The notes under the pieces: generated by a model | The model's database searches: none | The model's input: only the letters and a program-made list of their open reading frames with translations | What the model was told of the DNA's origin: nothing | Shown: piece by piece, positions 38,915 to 53,134 of the stretch | Numbering within the stretch: position 1 is the stretch's first letter | How the letters are laid out: each line of letters starts with the position of its first letter | Translations under genes and position numbers: made by a program | Assembly: GCF_057098645.1 (NCBI RefSeq) | Contig: NZ_CM169472.1 | DNA: 64,000 nucleotides | Reading direction: 5' to 3' (one strand)

Positions 38915-39107
38915 ACTTACAACTCCTGAAATCAGTTAAGACATTCTGTTCAGCACAATAGCAGGTGGCAAACGCCCTTACCAGTGAAGGGGTAAGAATG
39001 ACTATTTTTTCACTGGAGAATTAATAAATCCTCGCTACAATAGACTGAATTTCCCCTGCTTCTTCTTTTTGCTGCCCATTCAGGCGGCTTTTTAGTCTCT
39101 CATATAA

Positions 39108-40502
<1,395 letters not shown>

Positions 40503-40510
40503 TAAAGACA

Positions 40511-40545
40511 AGGCGCAACCTTCACGGGGTGCGCCTGTGTTTTTA
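40511..40545 (+). terminator. Rho-independent terminator after mdtK (overlaps the ydhQ stop)
   Basis: aggcgcaacc-ttcacgg-ggtgcgcct followed by GTGTTTTT. Confidence 0.5.
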
Positions 40546-41799
40546 CGCAGGCTGGAGCGTTGCGCCAATCCCGTCTTCGTCTGGCTGTAGTTTCAGTGCG
40601 TTACACAGAGTTTGCCGACTGGCATCTGTTATCTCAACGCGTATATCCCCGGTAACTTCCCCTTTCACATTGATGAAGTCAGGTGAAATTTCTTTCGCAC
40701 TGGTTTGCAGGCAAATCGCTCCCTCTCCGCGCAGGCGTTTCACTTTCAGTTGCACATGCGTTGCCGCACCAGTGATCAGCCACAGTTTTCCGCCATTCAG
40801 ATTGATGTTACCAACAATGAAAGTGACACTGTCACCTTTTACCGTACTGCCGTCGAGAATCAACACACCGCCCTGCTGTACAGTAATCGTTGATTGTTGC
40901 AGATCTGCGTCATAGCCAATAATCATTGAAGCGCCGTCCAGTAATGCAACACTCCCGGTCAGTTCAACCGGTGCGCGATCTTCCTCTACGACAAAATTTT
41001 CGTCCGCGCTGGTGGGTGACAACAGGATCACTGTTCCACCTTGTATTACCGCATTTTCCAGCGTACCGGCATGCACTTCAGCCCGACCACCCACATTCAC
41101 GGACAGGTTTTGCGTCTTACCGGAACTGTAGAGCTGAAGGCCATCCGTCCCCAGACGATAAATGGATCCATTCTCAACAATAGTGTCAGAGTCTTCACCA
41201 CCGAGATTATTCATGGTGCCACCAGCAAGCAACGTATCACTGGCTTTCCCGGCCAGCATAAAAACGCCGCCCTGATTAATCTCACAATTGCTGGCTTCCC
41301 CACCTGGATACACCAACAATTCACCACCTTCATCTACCACGACCGCTGAGGTTGTCCCATTAACCAACAGGCCGCCCTCTTGATCGAGAATGATTTTTTC
41401 CGCGCGATGTCCTTCCAGTACACGCAGGTTACCGCCATTTTCCAGCAACAAACCGCAGGCATAACCCTGATCAACGCTGAATTCACCTTCGGGATGGCGG
41501 CCATTAACCGTAGCGAGCGTAGAGAGACTAATTGCGCCTCCCTCGGACTGAACAATATCTGTGGCAATGGCACCGTCGCTGACCGATAGCGTGCCATTGT
41601 TACCGTACTGTGTGCATTTGGCGATCCCACCGGTTGCCACTTTCAACCAGCCAGCCCCCGTGACCACGGTATTTTCGGCTCTTCCGCCAGCTTCAACAAT
41701 CAACTCGCCTTCAGTAAGTTGCGTCGCGCCAATGACCTCGCCGATCTTAACAATTTGCACATTCCCGTCGCTCATCAAGTTTTTCGCATCAGACCCCAT
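40543..41799 (-). CDS. ydhQ: Autotransporter-passenger-like beta-helical protein YdhQ
   Basis: 418 aa, Gly/Asn/Thr-rich repetitive beta-strand composition; no obvious C-terminal beta-barrel. Confidence 0.85.
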   Translation of the reverse strand: MGSDAKNLMSDGNVQIVKIGEVIGATQLTEGELIVEAGGRAENTVVTGAGWLKVATGGIAKCTQYGNNGTLSVSDGAIATDIVQSEGGAISLSTLATVNGRHPEGEFSVDQGYACGLLLENGGNLRVLEGHRAEKIILDQEGGLLVNGTTSAVVVDEGGELLVYPGGEASNCEINQGGVFMLAGKASDTLLAGGTMNNLGGEDSDTIVENGSIYRLGTDGLQLYSSGKTQNLSVNVGGRAEVHAGTLENAVIQGGTVILLSPTSADENFVVEEDRAPVELTGSVALLDGASMIIGYDADLQQSTITVQQGGVLILDGSTVKGDSVTFIVGNINLNGGKLWLITGAATHVQLKVKRLRGEGAICLQTSAKEISPDFINVKGEVTGDIRVEITDASRQTLCNALKLQPDEDGIGATLQPA

Positions 41800-42106
41800 G
41801 ATTTATTCCTTTGCTGCATCTGTGTGCCTTTATTGCTACCTAAGTGTAAAGGCTACGGAGGATTTATCCACGACAGATTTGAGATGGTGGCAAACAACTC
41901 TGTTTAAACTCTGATACACGAATTATTGGGTTGTATCAGATGTAAATGCGATCCTGAATAAAAATCGCCCTTGCAAATCAACAAAATATAGCCAATTTGC
42001 TTAAAAGCTCTGCAAATGGTCGAAATAGCGCAGAAAATTACGTTTTGCCTCTTGCCACCTTCCCACTCTGCCGCTAATATTCGTCCCCGTTGTCACCTAC
42101 AACGTT

Positions 42107-42183
42107 GCGTTCATAGCTCAGTTGGTTAGAGCACCACCTTGACATGGTGGGGGTCGTTGGTTCGAGTCCAATTGAACGCACCA
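42107..42183 (+). tRNA. valV: tRNA-Val (anticodon GAC)
   Basis: 77-nt cloverleaf including CCA; anticodon loop cttGACat. Confidence 0.93.
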
Positions 42184-42187
42184 TCCT

Positions 42188-42264
42188 GCGTCCGTAGCTC
42201 AGTTGGTTAGAGCACCACCTTGACATGGTGGGGGTCGGTGGTTCGAGTCCACTCGGACGCACCA
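42188..42264 (+). tRNA. valW: tRNA-Val (anticodon GAC), second copy
   Basis: 77 nt, 4-nt spacer after valV; differs from valV by compensatory changes in acceptor and T stems. Confidence 0.93.
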
Positions 42265-42371
42265 GATTTTCTTAATCTGGTCTTCTACTTTTTCCCTCTG
42301 CTTCTTCTCTGTATCCAATACGTTAAAAGATTTACACTGTCTTCGTATGCGTTATCAGAAGGAGAATCGCT

Positions 42372-42677
42372 ATGGCAACTTTGTTACAACTTCATTTTTC
42401 TTTCAATGGCCCATTTGGCGACGCAATGGCTGAGCAGCTTAAACCGCTTGCTGAGTCGATTAATCAGGAACCTGGTTTTCTGTGGAAGGTATGGACCGAA
42501 AGTGAAAAGAACCACGAAGCCGGTGGGATCTACCTTTTCACTGATGAAAAAAGCGCCCTTGCCTATCTGGAAAAACACACTGCCCGACTGAAAAATCTCG
42601 GCGTTGAGGAAGTTATCGCCAAAGTTTTCGATGTCAATGAGCCACTGAGTCAAATCAATCAGGCAAAACTCGCCTGA
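42372..42677 (+). CDS. ydhR: Putative monooxygenase-like small protein YdhR
   Basis: 101-aa ORF following valVW; hairpin plus T-run after its stop (42684..42705). Confidence 0.85.
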   Translation: MATLLQLHFSFNGPFGDAMAEQLKPLAESINQEPGFLWKVWTESEKNHEAGGIYLFTDEKSALAYLEKHTARLKNLGVEEVIAKVFDVNEPLSQINQAKLA

Positions 42678-42802
42678 CAGATTTTAATCAAGGGCGGTTA
42701 GCGCCCTTTTCATCCCTGTCTGAAATTTCTCAAATTCTAAAAATTTCAACCAAACTTATCTGATAACACTAAATTCGAAAGAATGCGTACAGGTAAGTAA
42801 CA

Positions 42803-44407
42803 ATGAAAAAAATTGCTATTGTGGGTGCCGGGCCTACGGGGATCTACACCTTATCCTCGCTTCTACAGCAACAAACTCCACTTTCTATTTCTATCTTCGA
42901 GCAGGCTGACGAGGCCGGTGTCGGGATGCCATACAGTGATGAGGAAAACTCAAAAATGATGCTGGCAAATATTGCCAGTATTGAAATACCGCCGATTTAT
43001 TGTACGTATCTCGAATGGCTACAAAAGCAAGAAGCCAGCCATCTCCAGCGTTATGGCGTTAAAAAAGAAACCTTGCACGATCGTCAGTTTTTACCGCGAA
43101 TTCTGCTGGGCGAATATTTCCGCGATCAATTTTTACGATTAGTAGACCAGGCACGAAAGCAAAAATTTGCAGTGGCTGTTTATGAATCATGCCAGGTTAC
43201 CGATCTGCAAATTACAAATGCTGGCGTCATGCTCGCTACAAATCAGGATTTACCCAGCGAGACGTTTGATTTAGCGGTGATTGCCACGGGTCACGTCTGG
43301 CCTGATGAAGAAGAAGCAATCCGAACGTATTTTCCCAGCCCGTGGTCAGGCCTGATGGAAGCAAAGGTCGATGCGTGTAACATGGGTATTATGGGAACAT
43401 CCTTGAGCGGACTGGATGCGGCAATGGCAGTGGCAATTCAGCATGGTTCGTTCATTGAAGATGATAAACAACACGTCGTTTTTCACCGCGATAACGCAAG
43501 TGAAAAGCTAAATATTACGTTAATGTCGCGCACGGGTATTTTACCCGAAGCCGATTTCTATTGCCCTATTCCCTACGAGCCCTTACACATCGTCACTGAT
43601 CAGGCATTAAATGCTGAGATTCAAAAAGGCGAATATGGCCTTTTGGATCGGGTATTTAGATTGATAGTAGAGGAAATCAAGTTTGCTGATCCAGACTGGA
43701 GCCAACGCATAGCCTTAGAGAGCCTGAATGTCGATTCCTTTGCTCAAGCCTGGTTTGCCGAGCGCAAACAACGCGACCCATTTGACTGGGCAGAAAAAAA
43801 TCTCCAGGAAGTCGAACGCAATAAACGAGAAAAACATACTGTTCCCTGGCGTTATGTCATTCTGCGCCTGCATGAAGCAGTACAGGAAATTGTTCCACAT
43901 CTGAATGAACACGACCATAAACGGTTCAGTAAAGGCCTTGCCCGGGTTTTCATCGATAATTATGCCGCAATCCCTTCAGAGTCTATTCGTCGGCTGCTGG
44001 CCTTACGTGAAGCGGGAATCATTCATATTCTCGCTCTCAGTGAAGACTACAAAATGGAAATTAACGAGTCGCGCACCGTCCTGAAAACGGAAGACAACAG
44101 CTACTCGTTTGACGTTTTTATTGATGCCCGCGGGCAGCGTCCGCTTAAAGTGAAAGATATTCCTTTCCCTGGACTACGCGAACAATTACAGAAAACAGGG
44201 GATGAAATCCCTGATGTTGGTGAAGATTATACGTTACAGCAACCCGAAGATATTCGTGGGCGCGTAGCGTTCGGCGCGTTGCCCTGGTTAATGCACGACC
44301 AGCCTTTCGTTCAGGGACTTACGGCATGTGCAGAAATTGGTGAGGCGATGGCTCGGGCGGTCGTAAAACCTGCATCCCTTGCTCGTCGGCGTCTTTCGTT
44401 TGATTAA
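42803..44407 (+). CDS. ydhS: FAD/NAD(P)-binding protein YdhS
   Basis: N-terminal Rossmann motif IAIVGAGPTG; 534 aa. Confidence 0.85.
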   Translation: MKKIAIVGAGPTGIYTLSSLLQQQTPLSISIFEQADEAGVGMPYSDEENSKMMLANIASIEIPPIYCTYLEWLQKQEASHLQRYGVKKETLHDRQFLPRILLGEYFRDQFLRLVDQARKQKFAVAVYESCQVTDLQITNAGVMLATNQDLPSETFDLAVIATGHVWPDEEEAIRTYFPSPWSGLMEAKVDACNMGIMGTSLSGLDAAMAVAIQHGSFIEDDKQHVVFHRDNASEKLNITLMSRTGILPEADFYCPIPYEPLHIVTDQALNAEIQKGEYGLLDRVFRLIVEEIKFADPDWSQRIALESLNVDSFAQAWFAERKQRDPFDWAEKNLQEVERNKREKHTVPWRYVILRLHEAVQEIVPHLNEHDHKRFSKGLARVFIDNYAAIPSESIRRLLALREAGIIHILALSEDYKMEINESRTVLKTEDNSYSFDVFIDARGQRPLKVKDIPFPGLREQLQKTGDEIPDVGEDYTLQQPEDIRGRVAFGALPWLMHDQPFVQGLTACAEIGEAMARAVVKPASLARRRLSFD

Positions 44408-44418
44408 AGGTAAAGCTA

Positions 44419-45231
44419 TCAGCACTCAACAAACTGATGCTGTTCATTAAGACGATAGCGGACTCCGGCTCGAATATTGTTTTCACCTTCAATGGCGACG
44501 GCGAAACGAACTCTTTCGCCGTCATGATATGCCAGTGCGGCGCTTCCTCCTGGCCCGAGAATAATTGAGTCGACCACGCCCGTGCTCACTACCGTTGAAT
44601 TTTCACCGCTGGCAATGATGTGTACATTGTCGCCGCTGTTGGCAATTCTGGCGTTTGCGCCAAAGCTGGCGATTTGCACCAGGTCACCATTACTAGCGAC
44701 ATGACATCGTTCACCCAATGTACAAACGCGTACTCGCATTCCGGTATTCGCAATCCGACTGCTATCTCCAGCGCTGCTTATCCGCGAAGAATTGCCGGTT
44801 ACAGCAACCCGTGCGCGCTCACCGGAGCTGCCAATGTGACTGTTAAAGCCGACACTTCCAATCCGCACGCTATAACCCATACTGGCAATTTGTGCAGCAT
44901 ACCCAGCGGTTGCGATTCTGGCGTTATCCTCACAACAGCCGATGCGAGCATGATCGTCGCTGCGGGCAAACTGACTGCAAAATGGTATCTCTCCGGGGTC
45001 TGTGGCCAGTTTTTGCATAGAGGAAACTTCCTGATGCGCGAAGTTTTCATCCGCCAGCCATTTTTTCCACGCATACTCAACCAGACTCTCCGCCCAGTCC
45101 GTATATCCTTCCTCAATCAGTGCATGATGAATATCGGCATAACTACCGCCGCGTGGGAAATGGCGCAGGAACCAGCGATACATCACCGCTCCGATACGCC
45201 ATTCTCGCAGGTCTGCTCGTGTAATGATCAT
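44419..45231 (-). CDS. ydhT: YdhT, uncharacterised protein with a 9-residue periodic repeat
   Basis: 270 aa; about 15 consecutive xxRIxxxGx nonamer units; first gene read into the ydhUXWV block. Confidence 0.82.
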   Translation of the reverse strand: MIITRADLREWRIGAVMYRWFLRHFPRGGSYADIHHALIEEGYTDWAESLVEYAWKKWLADENFAHQEVSSMQKLATDPGEIPFCSQFARSDDHARIGCCEDNARIATAGYAAQIASMGYSVRIGSVGFNSHIGSSGERARVAVTGNSSRISSAGDSSRIANTGMRVRVCTLGERCHVASNGDLVQIASFGANARIANSGDNVHIIASGENSTVVSTGVVDSIILGPGGSAALAYHDGERVRFAVAIEGENNIRAGVRYRLNEQHQFVEC

Positions 45232-45234
45232 TCG

Positions 45235-46020
45235 TTAGTGCCGGTGATAGCCATCGACCATGCTTTTAAAGGTTTCGTGTGGCGTACGCCCCGTGGTGCA
45301 AAGATAAAGATGACCGAAGATAAAAAAGAGGCTTATAAATGCCAGAGCAAAATGCGCCTGCAATAACCAGTATCTTACGCCAGGAAACACATCTCCCACG
45401 GCTTGCGGATAGAGACACAGCAGCCCCGTCAATAGTAACAACGGCAGCAATCCATACATGACACCAACATAGGCAACCTGCTGTAAGGGATTAAATTTAG
45501 ACTGGGTTGTTGCCGGGAAAGGATGTTCTTCCCCCTGCATAATGCCAAACAAATAAAATCGCGTTTGTTTTGCCGCCCGCTCCAGCCAACCCTGACGACG
45601 AATGCGATAGTGGTGGCCATTACCCCCAACGGCATTGATCAGAACAAAGCCAAGCCAGCATGCCAGTAACAAAAATCCGCAAACTTCATGCACCGCAACC
45701 AGACTTTTAACCGCAGTTGCGCCCACCAGCGCAAAGTGATTTATCAGCCCACTTGCCAGCAACAATACAAAGAGTAACGCATTCGACCAGTGCCATAATC
45801 TGACCGCTTTGCTGTAAAGATAAATCCTCTCACCATGATCGGTGGCTGATTTCTTCACGCCACGAGCACGAAGCAAGGCGTGCTGCCCCAGCACCAACCA
45901 CATCCCAACCAGCAATACTCCGGCAATGATCAACCACACCGGCCAAAATTCGGGAGTGAACTGTGGCACATAGTTCGCTAACTGGCTCTGAAACTGTTCA
46001 GCATGTTGCGACGGGTTCAT
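45235..46020 (-). CDS. ydhU: Membrane cytochrome b-type subunit YdhU (PhsC/FdnI-like)
   Basis: 261 aa, polytopic with conserved His; overlaps ydhX by 4 nt. Confidence 0.85.
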   Translation of the reverse strand: MNPSQHAEQFQSQLANYVPQFTPEFWPVWLIIAGVLLVGMWLVLGQHALLRARGVKKSATDHGERIYLYSKAVRLWHWSNALLFVLLLASGLINHFALVGATAVKSLVAVHEVCGFLLLACWLGFVLINAVGGNGHHYRIRRQGWLERAAKQTRFYLFGIMQGEEHPFPATTQSKFNPLQQVAYVGVMYGLLPLLLLTGLLCLYPQAVGDVFPGVRYWLLQAHFALAFISLFFIFGHLYLCTTGRTPHETFKSMVDGYHRH

Positions 46021-46685
46021 ACATTTTCCTTTTTAATCAAATGTTGACCGAACCGGCGATACAGATGCGGTTTCCCGGCACCAGGTAGCTGATATTGATA
46101 GTATTTATTATCCTGCAACCACGCCTGAATTTCTGGGCTATCTTCGCGACCAAAGATCAATGCGTGTTCCGGGCAGGCGCTGACGCAAATGGGCGGAAAG
46201 CCTTTTGCCAGTCGGGACTCAGCGCAGAAATCACATTTATCTGCCACTTTAGTGACAGGGTTAAGGTAGCGAACCTGGTACGGACAAGCGCCAATGCAAT
46301 AACTGCAGCCGATGTACTGCGATTTTTCTACCCGCACGATCCCCTGCTCATCACGCCACGACGCCCCTGTCGGGCATACGTCGATGCACGGAGCATCTTC
46401 GCAGTGCTGACATGACTGGCGAAAAAAGTGATACTGCGTTTCGTTGTCGTTATCGGTGACTGGAATGTGTGCTATCGATAAACGGCTTCCCTGAGCGGGG
46501 ACGTGATTGGTTTTACGGCATGCGCGGGCGCAAATATTACAGCCATTGCACCGTGACTCGTCATGAATCATGGCATACCGAACTTCCTTTTCTTGCCTCG
46601 TGTTCGCTAACAGAGAAGACGCAGAACCAGTAAAAAAGATTACTGTTCCCATCCCCAGAACAAATTTGCGTCGAGTGAAGGACAT
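46017..46685 (-). CDS. ydhX: 4Fe-4S ferredoxin-like protein YdhX with Tat signal
   Basis: Start at MSFTRRKFVLG (twin-arginine motif); several CxxCxxCxxxCP clusters. Confidence 0.85.
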   Translation of the reverse strand: MSFTRRKFVLGMGTVIFFTGSASSLLANTRQEKEVRYAMIHDESRCNGCNICARACRKTNHVPAQGSRLSIAHIPVTDNDNETQYHFFRQSCQHCEDAPCIDVCPTGASWRDEQGIVRVEKSQYIGCSYCIGACPYQVRYLNPVTKVADKCDFCAESRLAKGFPPICVSACPEHALIFGREDSPEIQAWLQDNKYYQYQLPGAGKPHLYRRFGQHLIKKENV

Positions 46686-46748
46686 CTGATTATCCCCTAA
46701 TGCAGTGGCTGCAACTGTCCACCCTATCCATGACATCTCCCTGAAATT

Positions 46749-47396
46749 TCAGGGGTTCTGAAACTGCTCTACCTCGAACCATTCGCATAAGCCATAAGCC
46801 TTGCCATAGGTCATAAATCGCTCGCTAAACAAGTACAACACCGCCGTCGATGACTCCACCTGCCGTATATCGGCATATTCAGGTGCAACATCCATCGCGG
46901 CGATCGCGGCTTCAATCTGCGCTTCCTGGAAGTAATATGGCGCTTGCATCAGCATGGCGACTTTGTAAGGACGAGGATACGTCTGGCACTCAAAACGAAC
47001 GGCGTGTGCAATGGCGCGACAAATGTCCTGCTCCACAACTTGCAAAGACATCGCCGCGTAGTTTTCACTCATGGCCTGCGTTGAGTAATAGTAATCATCC
47101 TGGCTTCCCGTCATACACGCGATATCCGCGTAGTCTCCGTTCTGCTTGATGTTTTCCAGCAAAACTGACAGTTCCTCTTCTGCAACCGAATAGGGTGGCG
47201 AGAGAAACACGGTGCGCGCCACCAGCTGCCCAGCCGCAGAATGCTGGCGAATGAACTCTGCCAGGATTTCAGCCGGTTCTGGTTCCGTTACCGTATCAAC
47301 GGGGTGACGCATCCCCTGCAACCATTGCCGCTTCGCCTCGTCAACTTCGCTGACTTTCGCTAACGGCAATTCATCCCGATGGTTCATCTTACCCAT
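46749..47396 (-). CDS. ydhW: Uncharacterised protein YdhW
   Basis: 215-aa ORF in conserved position between ydhX and ydhV. Confidence 0.8.
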   Translation of the reverse strand: MGKMNHRDELPLAKVSEVDEAKRQWLQGMRHPVDTVTEPEPAEILAEFIRQHSAAGQLVARTVFLSPPYSVAEEELSVLLENIKQNGDYADIACMTGSQDDYYYSTQAMSENYAAMSLQVVEQDICRAIAHAVRFECQTYPRPYKVAMLMQAPYYFQEAQIEAAIAAMDVAPEYADIRQVESSTAVLYLFSERFMTYGKAYGLCEWFEVEQFQNP

Positions 47397-47399
47397 TCC

Positions 47400-49247
<1,848 letters not shown>

Positions 49248-49287
49248 TTACTGATTTAGTGTATGATGGTGTTTTTGAGGTGCTCCA

Positions 49288-49563
49288 GTGGCTTCTGTTT
49301 CTATCAGCTGTCCCTCCTGTTCAGCTACTGACGGGGTGGTGCGTAACGGCAAAAGCACCGCCGGACATCAGCGCTATCTCTGCTCTCACTGCCGTAAAAC
49401 ATGGCAACTGCAGTTCACTTACACCGCTTCTCAACCCGGTACGCACCAGAAAATCATTGATATGGCCATGAATGGCGTTGGATGCCGGGCAACCGCCCGC
49501 ATTATGGGCGTTGGCCTCAACACGATTTTCCGCCATTTAAAAAACTCAGGCCGCAGTCGGTAA
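49288..49563 (+). CDS. insA: IS1 InsA (transposition repressor / DNA-binding protein)
   Basis: 91-aa [27 protein letters not shown]... matches InsA. Confidence 0.93.
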   Translation: MASVSISCPSCSATDGVVRNGKSTAGHQRYLCSHCRKTWQLQFTYTASQPGTHQKIIDMAMNGVGCRATARIMGVGLNTIFRHLKNSGRSR

Positions 49564-49985
49564 CCTCGCGCATACAGCCGGGCAGTGACGTCATCGTCTG
49601 CGCGGAAATGGACGAACAGTGGGGATACGTCGGGGCTAAATCGCGCCAGCGCTGGCTGTTTTACGCGTATGACAGGCTCCGGAAGACGGTTGTTGCGCAC
49701 GTATTCGGTGAACGCACTATGGCGACGCTGGGGCGTCTTATGAGCCTGCTGTCACCCTTTGACGTGGTGATATGGATGACGGATGGCTGGCCGCTGTATG
49801 AATCCCGCCTGAAGGGAAAGCTGCACGTAATCAGCAAGCGATATACGCAGCGAATTGAGCGGCATAACCTGAATCTGAGGCAGCACCTGGCACGGCTGGG
49901 ACGGAAGTCGCTGTCGTTCTCAAAATCGGTGGAGCTGCATGACAAAGTCATCGGGCATTATCTGAACATAAAACACTATCAATAA
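49482..49985 (+). CDS. insB: IS1 InsB reading frame (expressed as InsAB' transposase by -1 frameshift)
   Basis: 167-aa ORF in the -1 frame overlapping insA; the A-run slippery site lies near 49535-49545. Confidence 0.9.
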   Translation: MPGNRPHYGRWPQHDFPPFKKLRPQSVTSRIQPGSDVIVCAEMDEQWGYVGAKSRQRWLFYAYDRLRKTVVAHVFGERTMATLGRLMSLLSPFDVVIWMTDGWPLYESRLKGKLHVISKRYTQRIERHNLNLRQHLARLGRKSLSFSKSVELHDKVIGHYLNIKHYQ

Positions 49986-50387
49986 GTTGGAGTCATTACC
50001 TACGCTGCTGACTCTGTCCCCAACACCAGATATTTTCCCTAACCCGATAGTGTATGAGAAAAGATTTAACGCCGATAAACTAATCCTTTATGGTTAGGAG
50101 AAAAAATAATGTGGTTATTCTGGGCTCTTAACATTGATCATTATCAATTAAAATTACAAAGCAAGAAATTATAAGTGAACTGATATTTATTATCATTTGA
50201 AATAAATTTAACTTAAGCGACAATTATTTGTGACGGTCATTGCAGAAAATAAAAATAATATTATCGCTATAAATTAAAATACATACCGAAATTCGTATAA
50301 TTTCAGCAGTTGTTATTTAGAATGATTAACTGGACCGCAACTGAAGCAAGAATATCAGGATGAAGCTTATCGCCTCATCCTGAATGG

Positions 50388-50597
50388 TCATTTTACCAGT
50401 GCGTTAATGACGGTTTCCATCGCCTGCTTTTCCAGCTCACTGCGCTGAATGCGTTTATTGGCTAATGCTGTACGTAATACGCCTGCGATAACAATATGCT
50501 TTGGTTCCTGCCCCAGATCGCGCATTTCCAGCACAACTTTACCGACAACTCTGCACATTTCTCGGTACAGTTCATCCTCTTTTGTCCGATTTCCCAT
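50388..50597 (-). CDS. fumD: Small protein YdhZ (FumD, fumarase D), 69 aa
   Basis: ORF MGNRTKEDELYREMCRVVGKV... in the position upstream of pykF. Confidence 0.8.
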   Translation of the reverse strand: MGNRTKEDELYREMCRVVGKVVLEMRDLGQEPKHIVIAGVLRTALANKRIQRSELEKQAMETVINALVK

Positions 50598-51153
50598 TCT
50601 TTATACCTATTTATCATGCCAACTATCAGCATATATCAATCTAACCAATTAAACAAAAATCAAACAAAATCAGACAAATAACGCGATAAATTATTTTAAC
50701 TGTAGCAATTGAGCGATGATGTATTTATACACCGGATGAACTTTCACTTATCTTCACAGTGACAACCCCGGCACCAGACGTTGCGCAAACAGCGAAGTTT
50801 TTGCGTAACCTTTTCCCTGGAACGTTAAATCTTTGATAACAATTTATTGTCTAACAAGTTGTATATTTTTTGAAACGCTGTTTTTGTTTTCCTTTTGGAT
50901 TAATTTCAGCGTATAATGCGCACCAATTGACTCTTGAATGGTTTCAGCACTTTGGACTGTAGAACTCAACGACTCAAAAACAGGCACTCACGTTGGGCTG
51001 AGACACAAGCACACATTCCTCTGCACGCTTTTTCGATGTCACCTATCCTTAAAGCGAGGCACCACCACTTTCGTAATACCGGATTCGCTTTCCGGCAGTG
51101 CGCCCAGAAAGCAAGTTTCTCCCATCCTTCTCAACTTAAAGACTAAGACTGTC

Positions 51154-52566
51154 ATGAAAAAGACCAAAATTGTTTGCACCATCGGACCGAAAACCGAATC
51201 TGAAGAGATGTTAGCTAAAATGCTGGACGCTGGCATGAACGTTATGCGTCTGAACTTCTCTCATGGTGACTATGCAGAACACGGTCAGCGCATTCAGAAT
51301 CTGCGCAACGTGATGAGCAAAACTGGTAAAACCGCCGCTATCCTGCTTGATACCAAAGGTCCGGAAATCCGCACCATGAAACTGGAAGGCGGTAACGACG
51401 TTTCTCTGAAAGCTGGTCAGACCTTTACTTTCACTACTGATAAATCTGTTATCGGCAACAGCGAAATGGTTGCGGTAACGTATGAAGGTTTCACAACTGA
51501 CCTGTCTGTTGGCAACACCGTACTGGTTGACGATGGTCTGATCGGTATGGAAGTTACTGCCATTGAAGGTAACAAAGTTATCTGTAAAGTGCTGAACAAC
51601 GGCGACCTGGGTGAAAACAAAGGTGTGAACCTGCCTGGCGTTTCCATTGCCCTGCCAGCACTGGCTGAAAAAGACAAACAGGACCTGATCTTTGGTTGCG
51701 AACAAGGCGTAGACTTTGTCGCTGCTTCCTTTATTCGTAAGCGTTCTGACGTTATCGAAATCCGTGAGCACCTGAAAGCGCACGGCGGCGAAAACATCCA
51801 CATCATCTCCAAAATCGAAAACCAGGAAGGCCTCAACAACTTCGACGAAATCCTCGAAGCCTCTGACGGCATCATGGTTGCGCGTGGCGACCTGGGTGTA
51901 GAAATCCCGGTAGAAGAAGTTATCTTCGCCCAGAAGATGATGATCGAAAAATGTATCCGTGCACGTAAAGTCGTTATCACTGCGACCCAGATGCTGGATT
52001 CCATGATCAAAAACCCACGCCCGACTCGCGCAGAAGCCGGTGACGTTGCAAACGCCATCCTCGACGGTACTGACGCAGTGATGCTGTCTGGTGAATCCGC
52101 AAAAGGTAAATACCCGCTGGAAGCGGTTTCTATCATGGCGACCATCTGCGAACGTACCGACCGCGTGATGAACAGCCGTCTCGAGTTCAACAATGACAAC
52201 CGTAAACTGCGCATTACCGAAGCGGTATGCCGTGGTGCCGTTGAAACTGCTGAAAAACTAGATGCTCCGCTGATCGTGGTTGCTACCCAGGGCGGTAAAT
52301 CTGCTCGCGCAGTACGTAAATACTTCCCGGATGCCACCATCCTGGCACTGACCACCAACGAAAAAACGGCTCATCAGTTGGTACTGAGCAAAGGCGTTGT
52401 GCCGCAGCTGGTTAAAGAGATCACTTCTACTGATGATTTCTACCGTCTGGGTAAAGAACTGGCTCTGCAGAGCGGTCTGGCACACAAAGGTGACGTTGTA
52501 GTTATGGTTTCTGGTGCACTGGTACCGAGCGGCACTACTAACACCGCATCTGTTCACGTCCTGTAA
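51154..52566 (+). CDS. pykF: Pyruvate kinase I
   Basis: Start taken at [15 protein letters not shown] (ATG 51154), giving 470 aa; the track ORF is an N-terminal over-extension. Confidence 0.95.
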
Positions 52567-52595
52567 TATTGCTTTTGTGAATTAATTTGTATATC

Positions 52596-52624
52596 GAAGC
52601 GCCCTGATGGGCGCTTTTTTTATT
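52596..52624 (+). terminator. Rho-independent terminator of pykF
   Basis: gaagcgccc-tgat-gggcgcttc followed by TTTTTTTAT. Confidence 0.65.
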
Positions 52625-52802
52625 TAATCGATAACCAGAAGCAATAAAAAATCAAATCGGATTTCACTATATAATCTCACTTTATCTAAGATGAATCCGA
52701 TGGAAGCATCCTGTTTTCTCTCAATTTTTTTATCTAAAACCCAGCGTTCGATGCTTCTTTGAGCGAACGATCAAAAATAAGTGCCTTCCCATCAAAAAAA
52801 TA

Positions 52803-52831
52803 TTCTCAACATAAAAAAGTTTGTGTAATAC
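52803..52831 (+). promoter_or_regulatory. lpp sigma70 promoter (-35 TTCTCA, 17-bp spacer, -10 TAATAC)
   Basis: Hexamers read directly at 52803-52808 and 52826-52831, upstream of the lpp RBS GAGGG. Confidence 0.6.
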
Positions 52832-52864
52832 TTGTAACGCTACATGGAGATTAACTCAATCTAG

Positions 52865-53113
<249 letters not shown>

Positions 53114-53134
53114 TAGTACCTGTGAAGTGAAAAA

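Noticed and set aside
42074-42262. 62-aa minus-strand ORF overlapping valV-valW
   Set aside because: Overlaps two intact tRNA genes; its translation is just the reverse reading of the tRNA sequences.
44620-45366. 248-aa ORF antisense to ydhT
   Set aside because: Follows the periodic repeat of ydhT on the opposite strand; no start context.
50001-50387. Possible remnant ydhY coding sequence to the right of IS1
   Set aside because: No ORF and no ATG reading into the IS1 junction on the minus strand; the stretch is AT-rich and looks intergenic, so ydhY appears entirely absent rather than truncated.
50938-52566. 542-aa version of pykF and the 313-aa antisense ORF 51417..52358
   Set aside because: The true pykF start is the ATG at 51154 with a good RBS; the extension reads through the promoter region, and the antisense ORF is a shadow of the highly expressed gene.
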